DNA from: Wolbachia endosymbiont of Onchocerca ochengi
GTDB lineage: Bacteria > Pseudomonadota > Alphaproteobacteria > Rickettsiales > Anaplasmataceae
Length of the DNA stretch: 32,000 nucleotides
Direction: 5' to 3'
Assembly: GCF_000306885.1 (NCBI RefSeq)
Contig: NC_018267.1
Coordinates: forward strand, 270,001-302,000
The notes below the pieces were generated by a model, which saw only the letters and a list, made by a program, of their open reading frames with translations, did no database searches and was not told where the DNA came from. Numbering within the stretch: position 1 is the first letter of the stretch; every line of letters begins with the position of its first letter. Shown piece by piece: positions 10,372-20,859 of this stretch. The translations under genes and the position numbers were made by a program.

Positions 10372-11526
10372 TTAGCTATATTGATAACTAACAGCTACAT
10401 TTTTACGCATAACCTCTAGTAACAAATTGCTTTGTGTCATAATCTTTTGTTGATATATCTGCCGTTTAACTGCTTCTATATCTACCGTATTGTTTTTAAT
10501 GCCACATAACATCATCAACCTTGTGGTGCCATTTTCTCTCAATTCTACTATTTCATCCATACCTATTTTACTAAACAAAGCCTGTAAATGAGGATTTAAG
10601 CTCCGTACTTTTATTTTAAATTCCTTTGAATTTGGCAGTTTAAGATTACTTGCCAATTCATCAAAATTTAAACAATTTACCTTTTGCTTCTTGAGATTGT
10701 TCAATAAATCTTCTGAGTCTTTAACTATAATCTGTTTCAATTCTAAAGTACTTTCCAACAGCGCATAATCAAGTTGTACTTTATCTATTACTTTTATAAT
10801 GGAATAGCCTTCGCTGAGATTGACTGGACCTGCTACGTCACCAGTTTCTAATCTTTCCAGAATGCCCTTGAGGTTACCTTTCAGCTGATTTAAATTAACT
10901 GTTGTTTTACGCATTTTTATTGTAGATTCTGGAACGAAGTTGTTACTATCATTGCGTAATTTCTTCACTAAATCTTCAGCTGTACTATAAACACTCTCGT
11001 CTCTCCGGTTAGGAACTATAAATTCTTGAAGCATAATAAGATAATCCGGCTTTTCTATTTGCTCTCGTGCATCACTTACTTCTTTATCGCCTACATTGAT
11101 AAATGGTACAATTCTCGTTTCAATGATCTTACCCCACAACAGTTGACCTTCTATCTGCTTTTTCAAAAGATTAAGGTCTATATTATATTTTTTCACATAT
11201 TGATCGACTTTATCAGTCTTAATCTTAAAGTTTTGAATTAAAAATAGTATGGTAGCATTATTTAACTCTTCACTACTCAATTCTATATTTAACCTTCGCG
11301 CTTCATTGATAATGATAATTTCATCTATTAACTGCTTAAGAATTTGAAGCTTCAGTTCCCTTCCATCTTTGGTGCCAAACAATGAACTTATTAAGTTAAT
11401 GCGTTTCTCAACATCTAAATTTGAAACTGGCTCACCATTTACATCTGCAACAATTTCAATTTCAACTGCAAGCAACTTAATTGGCAAGATCACCAACAAC
11501 AAAATTAGTGTTTTACACATAAACAA
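10372..11526 (-). CDS. Periplasmic SurA-like peptidyl-prolyl isomerase/foldase
   Basis: 384 aa; signal peptide MFMCKTLILLLVILPIKLLA, then SurA_N-like IVADVNGEPVSNLDVEKRINLI and ELKLQILKQLIDEIIIINEA, then a PPIase-like middle domain. Confidence 0.75.
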   Translation of the reverse strand: MFMCKTLILLLVILPIKLLAVEIEIVADVNGEPVSNLDVEKRINLISSLFGTKDGRELKLQILKQLIDEIIIINEARRLNIELSSEELNNATILFLIQNFKIKTDKVDQYVKKYNIDLNLLKKQIEGQLLWGKIIETRIVPFINVGDKEVSDAREQIEKPDYLIMLQEFIVPNRRDESVYSTAEDLVKKLRNDSNNFVPESTIKMRKTTVNLNQLKGNLKGILERLETGDVAGPVNLSEGYSIIKVIDKVQLDYALLESTLELKQIIVKDSEDLLNNLKKQKVNCLNFDELASNLKLPNSKEFKIKVRSLNPHLQALFSKIGMDEIVELRENGTTRLMMLCGIKNNTVDIEAVKRQIYQQKIMTQSNLLLEVMRKNVAVSYQYS

Positions 11527-11752
11527 GATTATTTACTAATAACTAATTTTATTATAAGTATAAAATTGATACTAGCTAATAAATAATTTTTAAAAATTCT
11601 CTTCATAAACATATTGATAAACATTTCAACTTATTTAACATACCAATATTACATTAGTATAAATTAATAGAGTAAGAAAACTTTCAGTATTCCCAAATTA
11701 GGTATTTTGATTTCTTATATGTAACATTGCTAAGAAATAAACTAGTTCATGT

Positions 11753-13117
11753 ATGACAAATAGAGATGAAACTATCTTCGCTTTATCAACTGTATTTGGT
11801 AAATCAGGTGTTGCAGTAATTAGAATTTCAGGTAATCATGCGCTTAAAGCTTTAAGTCATTTTCATATTAAGAAAGATATTAAGCCAAGGTTTGCTACTT
11901 TAGTCGATTTATACGACGATTCAGGTCAATTAATTGACAATGGAATAATCATTTATTTTCCTGCTCCAAGCAGCTTTACAGGTGAGGACATTATAGAGCT
12001 GCAAGTGCATGGAAGCAAGGCAGTTATAAAAATAATCTTGGAGGAATTATCAAAAATTTTTGTTATGGCCAAACCTGGAGAATTTTCGCTCAGGGCTTTT
12101 CTAAATTGCAAACTTGATTTAACGCAAACAGAAGGAATCGCAGACTTGATTAATTCTGAGACAAAAATGCAAGCTAAACAAGCAATTAGGCAGATGTCAG
12201 GAGAACTAGAAAAGCTATCCAACAGTTGGAGGAAGAAATTAATAACGATACAATCAAAAATCGAAGTATATATAGACTTTCCAGAAGATGTCACAATAGA
12301 AAAAAATGAACTGGAAAAAATTAATAATGAAGTGCAAGCTCTTATGCAGTCAATACAAGATCATTTAAATGATAATAGGCGAGGTGAAAGGTTACGTGAG
12401 GGTTTACATATCGTAATAACTGGTAAACCAAACGTTGGCAAATCAGCACTATTTAATTTCCTTGCTAAACGTGATATCGCTATTGTTTCTGAATATGCAG
12501 GCACAACAAGAGACGTACTTGAAGCTCATATTGACATTGGTGGATATCCAATTATCCTTTCTGATACTGCTGGAATTCGTGAAAGTTCAGATCCAATAGA
12601 ATCAGAAGGTATAAGCCGAGCAAGAAAGAAGTCTTGTGAAGCTGATTTAAAAATAGAGCTATTCCCCTATAGTTCTACTGTCATTAAAACTGAAGTCCAG
12701 AAATGCATTTCAATATCAACCACTCTTATGAAACCAAGTCAAGGCAATACTATTTACGTGTTGAGCAAAGCTGATGATATCAGCAACGATCATTATATAA
12801 AAATTGATGGTATAGATTTCTTACCTATTTCTATTTTAAAAGGAACAGGTACAGAGAGACTAATTTCTGTGATTAAAGAAAAAGTAGAGGAAAAATTTGG
12901 TTACGATAAAGATACACCTGTAATTACCCGACAAAGACATAGAAATTGCATGAAGAAAGCTATAGAACATTTACAACGTTTTAGTATAGACAATCCAATT
13001 GAGCTAATATCCGAAGATTTAAGGCTTGCTGCTTCTGAACTTGGTATGATAACAGGAATTATCAATGTTGAAGAAATATTGAGTAATATATTTAACAATT
13101 TTTGTGTAGGCAAGTGA
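11753..13117 (+). CDS. mnmE: tRNA uridine-5-carboxymethylaminomethyl(34) synthesis GTPase MnmE
   Basis: 454 aa; [40 protein letters not shown]-loop [18 protein letters not shown], terminal CVGK. Confidence 0.97.
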   Translation: MTNRDETIFALSTVFGKSGVAVIRISGNHALKALSHFHIKKDIKPRFATLVDLYDDSGQLIDNGIIIYFPAPSSFTGEDIIELQVHGSKAVIKIILEELSKIFVMAKPGEFSLRAFLNCKLDLTQTEGIADLINSETKMQAKQAIRQMSGELEKLSNSWRKKLITIQSKIEVYIDFPEDVTIEKNELEKINNEVQALMQSIQDHLNDNRRGERLREGLHIVITGKPNVGKSALFNFLAKRDIAIVSEYAGTTRDVLEAHIDIGGYPIILSDTAGIRESSDPIESEGISRARKKSCEADLKIELFPYSSTVIKTEVQKCISISTTLMKPSQGNTIYVLSKADDISNDHYIKIDGIDFLPISILKGTGTERLISVIKEKVEEKFGYDKDTPVITRQRHRNCMKKAIEHLQRFSIDNPIELISEDLRLAASELGMITGIINVEEILSNIFNNFCVGK

Positions 13118-13164
13118 AATTTTTATAGATTGCTTGAAATCGAATGTTATGGTAAAAAAAAAAT

Positions 13165-13252
13165 GGACGGATGGCCGAGTGGTTTAAGGCATCAGTCTTG
13201 AAAACTGACGTACGCGGCAAGCGTACCATGGGTTCGAATCCCATTCCGTCCG
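13165..13252 (+). tRNA. tRNA-Ser (anticodon TGA)
   Basis: GGACGGATGGCCGAGTGGTTTAAGGCATCAGTCTTGAAAACTGACGTACGCGGCAAGCGTACCATGGGTTCGAATCCCATTCCGTCCG; acceptor GGACGGA/TCCGTCC, anticodon loop CTTGAAA, long variable arm, T-loop TTCGAAT. Confidence 0.97.
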
Positions 13253-13286
13253 TATATTCTTTTAGTTACCCATATAAATCAAGATT

Positions 13287-13901
13287 CTACTTTAAAAAAC
13301 TAATCCTTGGAATGATAACCTTATCATAGATTTCACTATATACTTGGCTATTGTCTTTAACTTCAATTTGAGTGACAATATGGCACCTATTGGTCTTCTT
13401 CAATGCTATTTCTTGAAATCCTCTTCTAACCTTATCATAAAAACAGATATCCATCTCTTCATATTTATTTTTATAATTTACCCTGTTTAATCCAACTTGA
13501 ACATCAATATCTAGAATAAACGTGATATCTGGGCATCTAATTCTTAGTAACTCATGGAGATCTTCTATCAGTTTTAAGTCAATACCTAACCCATATCCTT
13601 GATAAGCAATCGTTGAATCAATAAACCGATCACAAATTACTATTTTTCCTTCTCCTAGAGCTGGTAGTATTAATTTTTTCATATGCTCATACCTCATTGA
13701 AACAAATAGCAGAAGTTCAGAAATAGGATCAATATTGTCCCTCAAAGGTATTCCTCTTACCTTCTCTGCGAAACTACTCCCACCTGGCTCTCTAGTCAAT
13801 ATCACATAATTTTCACCGCAAATTTGTTTAAGACGATTTGCAAGCAACTCAGATTGTGTTGTTTTGCCAGAGCCATCTATTCCTTCAAATGTTATAAACA
13901 T
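13287..13901 (-). CDS. tmk: Thymidylate kinase
   Basis: 204 aa; P-loop FEGIDGSGKTTQ, LTREPGG, CDRFIDSTIAYQGYG. Confidence 0.97.
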   Translation of the reverse strand: MFITFEGIDGSGKTTQSELLANRLKQICGENYVILTREPGGSSFAEKVRGIPLRDNIDPISELLLFVSMRYEHMKKLILPALGEGKIVICDRFIDSTIAYQGYGLGIDLKLIEDLHELLRIRCPDITFILDIDVQVGLNRVNYKNKYEEMDICFYDKVRRGFQEIALKKTNRCHIVTQIEVKDNSQVYSEIYDKVIIPRISFLK

Positions 13902-14013
13902 AAGTTCTACAATTGAAATGCTAAAAAAACATGTAAACAGTATACACAGGAATTATTTGACATTTAAGCAATAAGATCATAAACTACATATAATATATAA
14001 CTCTCTTTAGGCT

Positions 14014-14577
14014 ATGGTTGCACTGAATACTCCTAAGGTAGATTTAGACTTTACTGCAAAGGATTTTAATCTTTTAGGTGTAGATAACAAATACTATACA
14101 TTAAACGACTGTCGCGGCAAAAATGGTCTTATTATAATGTTTATATGCAACCACTGTCCTTACGTTCGATCAATCATTAGTGATCTGGTAAGCGATGTTG
14201 ATTTATTAAAAAAAGTTTATCAGGTTAACACTGTTGCAGTAATGCCAAATGATGTAAATGAATATTCAGAAGACTCCTTTAAAAATATGATTAATTTTGC
14301 TAAGAAAAATAAATTTACATTTCCATATCTAATTGATAGTACACAAAAAGTAGCTAAAGAGTATAGCGCTATTTGTACTCCTGACTTTTTTGGCCTTAAC
14401 GCTAATTTGAAACTTCGTTATCGCGGACGCTTCAATAATGCAAAAAAAGAAAAAGTTCAAAACTACAAAATAGGTAGTAGTGATTTATTTCAAGCTATGA
14501 AATTTATCGCAGAAACTGGTAATTCTCCAGTTAACCAAAAGCCAAGTATCGGTTGTTCAATTAAGTGGTCTCGATAG
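14014..14577 (+). CDS. Thioredoxin/redoxin-family protein
   Basis: 187 aa; thioredoxin-like fold segments with FICNHCPYVRSI and YSAICTPDFFGLN, typical of the AhpC/TSA-like thioredoxin family. Confidence 0.85.
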   Translation: MVALNTPKVDLDFTAKDFNLLGVDNKYYTLNDCRGKNGLIIMFICNHCPYVRSIISDLVSDVDLLKKVYQVNTVAVMPNDVNEYSEDSFKNMINFAKKNKFTFPYLIDSTQKVAKEYSAICTPDFFGLNANLKLRYRGRFNNAKKEKVQNYKIGSSDLFQAMKFIAETGNSPVNQKPSIGCSIKWSR

Positions 14578-14589
14578 GTTAAACATCTC

Positions 14590-16308
14590 ATGCACGGCAG
14601 CTCTCAGTATTTATTTGATATTATAATTTTACTTTCCGCTGCTGTATTTATAGTTATAGCGTTTTGGAAAATGAATATCAGTCCAGTGCTCGGTTATTTT
14701 GTTGCAGGTGCATTGATTGGCTCTCATGGACTTAATCTAATACACTCAGCTAAAGCAATGGATAATTTTGCAGAATTTGGTGTAGTTTTTCTATTATTTA
14801 TCATAGGTCTTGAATTAACATTTGAACGCCTTATCGCCATGCGTATTCATGTATTTGGATTTGGCTCTCTTCAAGTGATAGTTACTATGGTAGCAATATG
14901 GTGCATTGCTCTTGCTTTTGGAGTGAATACAAATATGGCAGCAGTTATTGGTGGCGGACTTGCATTGTCCTCAACAGCAATAGTGTTGCAGGTTTTGCAG
15001 GAAAAAGGTTCTCAAGCAAGCCAAGTTGGTAGGTTGTCAATAGCAGTACTACTAATGCAAGATTTCGCAGTAGTACCTCTAATAGTATTAGTGCCCTTAC
15101 TTACCAGTAACTCTGAAAATAGCCTGATAAGCTCACTAGTAGGTTCACTAATACAAGCAACTATTGCACTAGTATTGATATTTATAACTGGTAGGTTGTT
15201 GCTTAGGCCCTTATTCTCGGTTATTGCTAAAATGGAAAGCAACGAGGTCTTTATATCAACAACACTCCTAATAATACTAGGAGCAGCATTTATTACTGAG
15301 CAATTTCATTTATCAATGGCACTAGGTGCATTTGTTGCTGGATTATTAGTCGCAGAAACAGAGCACAGACATTCAGTAGAACACGCAGTGTTACCATTTA
15401 AAGATCTGTTCCTCGGCTTATTTTTCATGACTGTCGGTATGTCTATCGATATTGATCTTTTGCTTAGTAAACTACCGCTAATCACTTTATTGTCAGTCAT
15501 CCTTATTGTTTTAAAAACATCCATGATATATGTATTATGTAGATTCTTTGGATTTAAAAGTGCACTTGCTATACAAGCTGGGTTGTTGCTTGCCCAAGGA
15601 GGTGAATTTGCATTTATTCTATTCCGTCTAGCAGATGAGCTAGATGTACTACCAAGTGAAATCGCTCAGGTACTCATGATGTTAACTACAGTAACTATGG
15701 CTTTCACTCCTCTTTTATCAGGACTTGGAGAGTGGATAGCAAATTCATTTAGCACTGAAAAAGTAATATTAGACGACGAAGCTGTCGAAACAGACACACA
15801 AGATCTTTACAATCATGTAATAGTTGCTGGATTTGGCAGGGTAGGATATATGGTAACAAAAATGCTTACTGCAGAGCATTTAAGCTACGTTGTTGTAGAC
15901 ATTCAGTCAAAAATAGTCAAAGAAGGAAAAAATGATAGCTTTCCTATATATCTTGGAGACGCTACAAGATATGAAATTTTAAAATCAGTAGGAATAGAAA
16001 GAGCCCAGGCTCTTGTGATCTCAATAAAGAACGAAGTGACTATAAAAAAGATAATCTCTCTAGTTGCAGCAAATTTCCCGCATGTAAGTATTATAATACG
16101 CCTGCCAGATCTGAGCAATGTAGAGATCTACAGAGATTTAGGAGCTAGTAAAATTATCCCTGAAACATCCGAAATGGGACTACAATTAGGTGGTGCAGCG
16201 TTGAGCTTAAGTGGAATTAGTGAAAGTGGAGTTGCATCTTTAAAAAATAGGTTCAGAAAAGGCAATTACAGTATGATAAAGGATATTAGTAGCGATATGG
16301 ATGAGTGA
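14590..16308 (+). CDS. CPA2-family monovalent cation:proton antiporter (KefB/KefC type) with TrkA-N domain
   Basis: 572 aa; GYFVAGALIGSHG, GVVFLLFIIGLELT, GGGLALSSTAIVLQ, multiple TM segments, C-terminal HVIVAGFGRVGYMV Rossmann/TrkA-N motif. Confidence 0.93.
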   Translation: MHGSSQYLFDIIILLSAAVFIVIAFWKMNISPVLGYFVAGALIGSHGLNLIHSAKAMDNFAEFGVVFLLFIIGLELTFERLIAMRIHVFGFGSLQVIVTMVAIWCIALAFGVNTNMAAVIGGGLALSSTAIVLQVLQEKGSQASQVGRLSIAVLLMQDFAVVPLIVLVPLLTSNSENSLISSLVGSLIQATIALVLIFITGRLLLRPLFSVIAKMESNEVFISTTLLIILGAAFITEQFHLSMALGAFVAGLLVAETEHRHSVEHAVLPFKDLFLGLFFMTVGMSIDIDLLLSKLPLITLLSVILIVLKTSMIYVLCRFFGFKSALAIQAGLLLAQGGEFAFILFRLADELDVLPSEIAQVLMMLTTVTMAFTPLLSGLGEWIANSFSTEKVILDDEAVETDTQDLYNHVIVAGFGRVGYMVTKMLTAEHLSYVVVDIQSKIVKEGKNDSFPIYLGDATRYEILKSVGIERAQALVISIKNEVTIKKIISLVAANFPHVSIIIRLPDLSNVEIYRDLGASKIIPETSEMGLQLGGAALSLSGISESGVASLKNRFRKGNYSMIKDISSDMDE

Positions 16309-16621
16309 TATTTGTTCAATTCTCCTCTACTGTTCCAGTTTATAGCTAGGTTAATTTCAACACTAGCTGTACACAGACAACTATACAAACACTGCAACAT
16401 TAAAAATGAGAAACTTACTTGATAAATTTTGCCAACTTTCCTAGCATAATAATTAAAACATTTAGTTGACTTTTTATGCCTTAATAAAATTTTTAAGTTT
16501 TGACCTATAAATCTGAAATACGCTTACATAGCATTTAAGACAGCATAGAAGCACTAATACTGAAAATAGATGCTAGTTTATGAGGTTTTATCTTTTTTTT
16601 ACTTAGTAAATTCCTTAAATA

Positions 16622-16858
16622 TTAAAGCAACTTATGAACTGGTAAAAAGGTATCATTCAAGTAACTCAGAAAGGTATCATAAATATGATTAAACTGACAT
16701 TCAGAGTTTAATTTATCAGCAAGCACATCAAGATAATGAGCATAAAAAGAGCTGTATTATACTAAAACACCTTTAACAAGTCCATAAAAAGCTATATCGC
16801 ACAGTATAGCTACTTGATGACAAAAGAAAAAGGATACTAAGATGACAAAGAAGTAATA
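16622..16858 (-). pseudogene. Possible decayed coding fragment (unidentified, N-terminally hydrophobic)
   Basis: 79-codon minus frame with a single internal stop: YYFFVILVSFFFCHQVAILCDIAFYGLVKGVLV*YSSFYAHYLDVLADKLNSECQFNHIYDTFLSYLNDTFLPVHKLL*. Confidence 0.35.
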
Positions 16859-17160
16859 CAGAAAATAACTGTTTTTATGGTACAATAAAGTCCGGTATTC
16901 TCTTATAAGTTTTTACACAATTGATATTTTTGAAGTATTAGCTAGTATATTTATACGATATTAGATGATATTAGATAAGTAGAAAGAATCAATTCTAAGG
17001 AACATATTGATAGTTATAGACTTTCTATGTTGGCTATGTAGTAATTTAACACAAGCAATCTAGTAAGTTTTTATAAAGTTAAATAGGGCACTACAGAGCT
17101 TTCTTTTTAAACATTGTAAATCAATGACGAAGATACAAAAAAGGATTAGTTAAGCTTACC

Positions 17161-17526
17161 AAACTTGATCTGTGCATGGTAATAATATTAACAATAAATG
17201 AACAAATGGTTCTAACAAACCGTAACCTCACAGAAGTTACTTTTCTTAATTTATTAGACAATAATATTAGTAATGAAGATATAAAAATTTTAGCTAATAT
17301 CTGACTGATAAACTTCGAATAGTTTAACTTACTTAATAATGAAATTGATAAGGAAAGCAAAAAAGCTTTAAGTAAGTTTATATCTTCCGGTGTATCTATA
17401 AGTAACCTAGTTACTAAATTTTATTTAGATCTTAATAATAATATTTCTACAAGTACAGATTACACTCATGAAACCTTAGAAAAAAATTATAGAATCCAGT
17501 TAGATAATAACAATTTCATGGAATAA
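17161..17526 (+). pseudogene. Decayed leucine-rich-repeat protein
   Basis: One frame: ...LTKLDLCMVIILTINEQMVLTNRNLTEVTFLNLLDNNISNEDIKILANI*LINFE*FNLLNNEIDKESKKALSKFISSGVSISNLVTKFYLDLNNNISTS...LDNNNFME*. Two adjacent 26-residue LRR-like units (17227-17382), interrupted by TGA 17302 and TAG 17320. Confidence 0.6.
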
Positions 17527-18408
17527 GAGAAAGCATCTCTATAAACGGACCAACAACAATGATGCAGTTTTGGAATTATAAGTATGCTATAAAAACAGAA
17601 CAATTCTATTTAAAGCACTGAATAAATAGAAAAACGATATAAATAAGTGTTAATATTCATTTTTAATAAAAATGATAATTATTAGATGTCGTTAGTTGCA
17701 TACGAAATTGCATTTTTTTATGAGTTATCTAATTCAGACAAGTAAATGTTACTTAGATAATTACGGATTTCTTCCAGATAAGTAAAGAGGCAATATTGTT
17801 CTTAATCAGTATCTAAAAAAGAAGCCGTTAAGTATTGGAATTCACAATTTTATCATACAGGATATAGGTGACAAAAAGACACTCGGAAGTGCTGAATATT
17901 TGTTCTAAAAAATGTAAAGATATCAATTAAGTCAAAGTGATTTAAAGAAAAAAGAGAGTAGAATATCCATTAAAGCATTAAAACAGTAATAGCTACAACT
18001 GTAAAATTATTGAGCTTACTAACTGAAGTGATAAGGAAGAAAAACGACTTAAGTTCCTCAAGGACGGTGGCTAACAAAGGATCTGTTCACAAAACACAAA
18101 AAGTAGCAAATTTTCTATCATAGCTGCTTCTATGTTAACAGTAGTTAGCACTATTTCAGAAAAATAGCCATTCTAGTTTACCTAGAAATATTAGTCTCTG
18201 GAACAGCAAGTTGAAATTAGTTATCTGGCTGACGCCGCAAGCAATATTGTTGTAGTAAGACTTCGAAAGTACTTGAAAACAGCAATGTTCAAGATTTTGA
18301 TAACAGTCAATAATTCATTGTATACAATTCACAATAACAATTAAAATATTTTTTTACTTTTCACCGTATATTCCTCAACATATTATCTTTAAGTACTAAT
18401 ATAATAAT

Positions 18409-20859
18409 ATGGCATTATTAATAGTTGAGTCGCCTGCAAAGGCAAAAACGATAGGTAAGTATTTGGGCAAAGAGTTCAAAGTAGCTGCATCTTTTGGACA
18501 TGTAAGAGACCTTCCAGTGAAGAACGGTTCTGTTGATCCAGATAATGATTTTGCTATAAAGTATGAGATTATCAAAAAAGCAGAAAAGTATGTAAAAGAG
18601 TTAGTTAAGGAAGCGAGTAAGACATCGGATATATACCTTGCAACAGATCCAGATAGAGAAGGAGAAGCAATAGCCTGGAATGTAGTAGAAGCATTAAAAG
18701 AAAGAAAAGCAATCAATAACAAAAGCAACATTCATAGAGTAGTTCTTAACGAAATAACAAAAATGGCGGTGCAAGAGGCTATCAAGAATCCACGCAAAAT
18801 AAATATGGACTTAGTGCGTGCACAGCAAGCACGTAGAGCTTTGGATTATCTAGTTGGATTTAGCTTATCACCACTTCTATGGACGAAATTATCGGGAAGC
18901 AAATCTGCGGGAAGAGTGCAATCTGTTGCACTTAAGCTTATATGCGAACGAGAAGATGAAATTAACAAATTTATACCACAAGAATACTGGAGCATAAAGG
19001 CAGAAATGCAAAATAGCAAAGACAAAACATTTTTTACTATGCTGAGCTACTATGACAATAAAAAGCTAGAAAAATTTGATATTAAGAATCAAGAAGAAGC
19101 AAAAAACTTAGTAAGAGATATTGAATCAAAACAATACGCTATAAGAACAGTAGAGCACAAGCAAGTTAAGAGAAGTCCTCTGCCTCCATTTATTACTTCA
19201 AGTCTTCAGCAAGATGCAGTAAATAAGCTGCATTTTAATGTGAAAAATGTTATGCGCATAGCACAAAACTTGTACGAAGGTATCGATATTGGCGGTGAGA
19301 CTATAGGACTGATAACTTATATGCGTACGGATGGATTCTACATTGCGGATGAGGCTATAATCTCAATTAGAGAGTTGATTAAATCATTGTATGGCAACAA
19401 ATATTTACCAAAGTCTCCCCGCCAATATGTAAAAAAGGTCAAAAACGCTCAGGAAGCACATGAAGCAATTCGCCCAACCGACATAAATAGAACGCCGGAT
19501 AGCATTAAGAGCTATTTAACACCAGAACAATTTAAATTATATGATTTGATTTGGAAAAGAACCATTATAAGTCAGATGAAATCAGTGATCATCGATCAGG
19601 TGGCAGTTGAGATTAGCTCTACTGATAAGAAAATAATTTTACGAGCTAGTGGATCAAACATATTTTTTGATGGTTTCTATAAAGTTTATAATGATAATAT
19701 AGATATTGAGGATGAAGGCCTTCTAGCTACCATGAAAGAAGGTGAGACATGCAAGTTGATTTCTGTTGACCTAAAACAACATTTTACTCAACCGCCACTA
19801 CGTTACAGTGAAGCAAGTATCGTAAAAAAAATGGAGGAAATCGGCATAGGACGTCCATCAACTTATGCGATAATTATTTCTGTACTGCAGGACCGTAAGT
19901 ACGTTGCAATGAATAACAAAAGATTTATTCCAAGCAGCCGCGGTAAAATCGTTACCATATTTTTAGAAACTTTCTTTCAGAATTGCATAGAATATAATTT
20001 TACAGCACAAATGGAAGAAAAGCTTGATTTAATCTCGAATGGACGTGCAGATTGGAAAAAAGAACTAAGCTATTTCTGGATACCATTTTTTAACCTTGTA
20101 AATTCTGTTAAACAAATGACACATGATGAAATTTTCGATGGCATTCACGACCTGGTAGTTGATTGGTTTTGTTCTGAAGAAGAAAAGGAAGAAATAGATA
20201 AAAAATGTTCTAATTGTTCTGATGGCTCATTGAAATTGAAATTTGGAAAAGCTGGAGTGTTTCTTGGATGTTCTAACTACCCTATATGTAATCATACAAA
20301 AAAAATTACTGGTAGCAATGACAATTTAGAATACCCAAAAAGTTTAGGTATAGATAATGTGACAGGGCAAGAAGTGGTAATTAAAAAAGGTCCTTTCGGA
20401 TTTTATTTAGAATTCAATAATGAGTCAGAAAAGAAAAAAACGAGGTCTATACCAAAAGACATAAATATTAATGATATTGATCTAATCACCGCAACACAGT
20501 TACTTTCCTTGCCAAAAGTAATTGGAGAACACCCAAACACTGGAAAAGAAGTAAAAATGGGCCTTGGACGATTCGGGTACTATATCTTCCATGATGGTAA
20601 ATACTTCTCTCTTAAAAAGAACTTAAAAGAAGTATTGGAAACGCAGTTGAATGAAGCTGTACAAATTATAGCAAACAGCCCACAAAAAGAGCTAAAATCT
20701 CTCGGGCTTAATGAAAATGGAAAAGAAGTTCTCATTCACAATGGTAGGTACGGATTTTATATAAAGAGTGGTAAAACAAAAGTCGCTTTAGGCAAGAATG
20801 CAGATATTGAAGGCATAGACCTGAAGAAGGCCTTAGATTTGATTAAGAATAAAAAGTAA
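18409..20859 (+). CDS. topA: DNA topoisomerase I
   Basis: 816 aa; MALLIVESPAKAKTIGKYLG, TDPDREGEAIAWN, SAGRVQSVAL, ITYMRTDG, C-terminal zinc-finger-like CSNCSDGSLKLKFGKAGVFLGCSNYPIC. Confidence 0.98.
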   Translation: MALLIVESPAKAKTIGKYLGKEFKVAASFGHVRDLPVKNGSVDPDNDFAIKYEIIKKAEKYVKELVKEASKTSDIYLATDPDREGEAIAWNVVEALKERKAINNKSNIHRVVLNEITKMAVQEAIKNPRKINMDLVRAQQARRALDYLVGFSLSPLLWTKLSGSKSAGRVQSVALKLICEREDEINKFIPQEYWSIKAEMQNSKDKTFFTMLSYYDNKKLEKFDIKNQEEAKNLVRDIESKQYAIRTVEHKQVKRSPLPPFITSSLQQDAVNKLHFNVKNVMRIAQNLYEGIDIGGETIGLITYMRTDGFYIADEAIISIRELIKSLYGNKYLPKSPRQYVKKVKNAQEAHEAIRPTDINRTPDSIKSYLTPEQFKLYDLIWKRTIISQMKSVIIDQVAVEISSTDKKIILRASGSNIFFDGFYKVYNDNIDIEDEGLLATMKEGETCKLISVDLKQHFTQPPLRYSEASIVKKMEEIGIGRPSTYAIIISVLQDRKYVAMNNKRFIPSSRGKIVTIFLETFFQNCIEYNFTAQMEEKLDLISNGRADWKKELSYFWIPFFNLVNSVKQMTHDEIFDGIHDLVVDWFCSEEEKEEIDKKCSNCSDGSLKLKFGKAGVFLGCSNYPICNHTKKITGSNDNLEYPKSLGIDNVTGQEVVIKKGPFGFYLEFNNESEKKKTRSIPKDININDIDLITATQLLSLPKVIGEHPNTGKEVKMGLGRFGYYIFHDGKYFSLKKNLKEVLETQLNEAVQIIANSPQKELKSLGLNENGKEVLIHNGRYGFYIKSGKTKVALGKNADIEGIDLKKALDLIKNKK

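Noticed and set aside
17121-17360. 79-codon minus ORF
   Set aside because: Antisense to the LRR-like frame, whose exact 26-residue periodicity is much better support for plus-strand ancestry.
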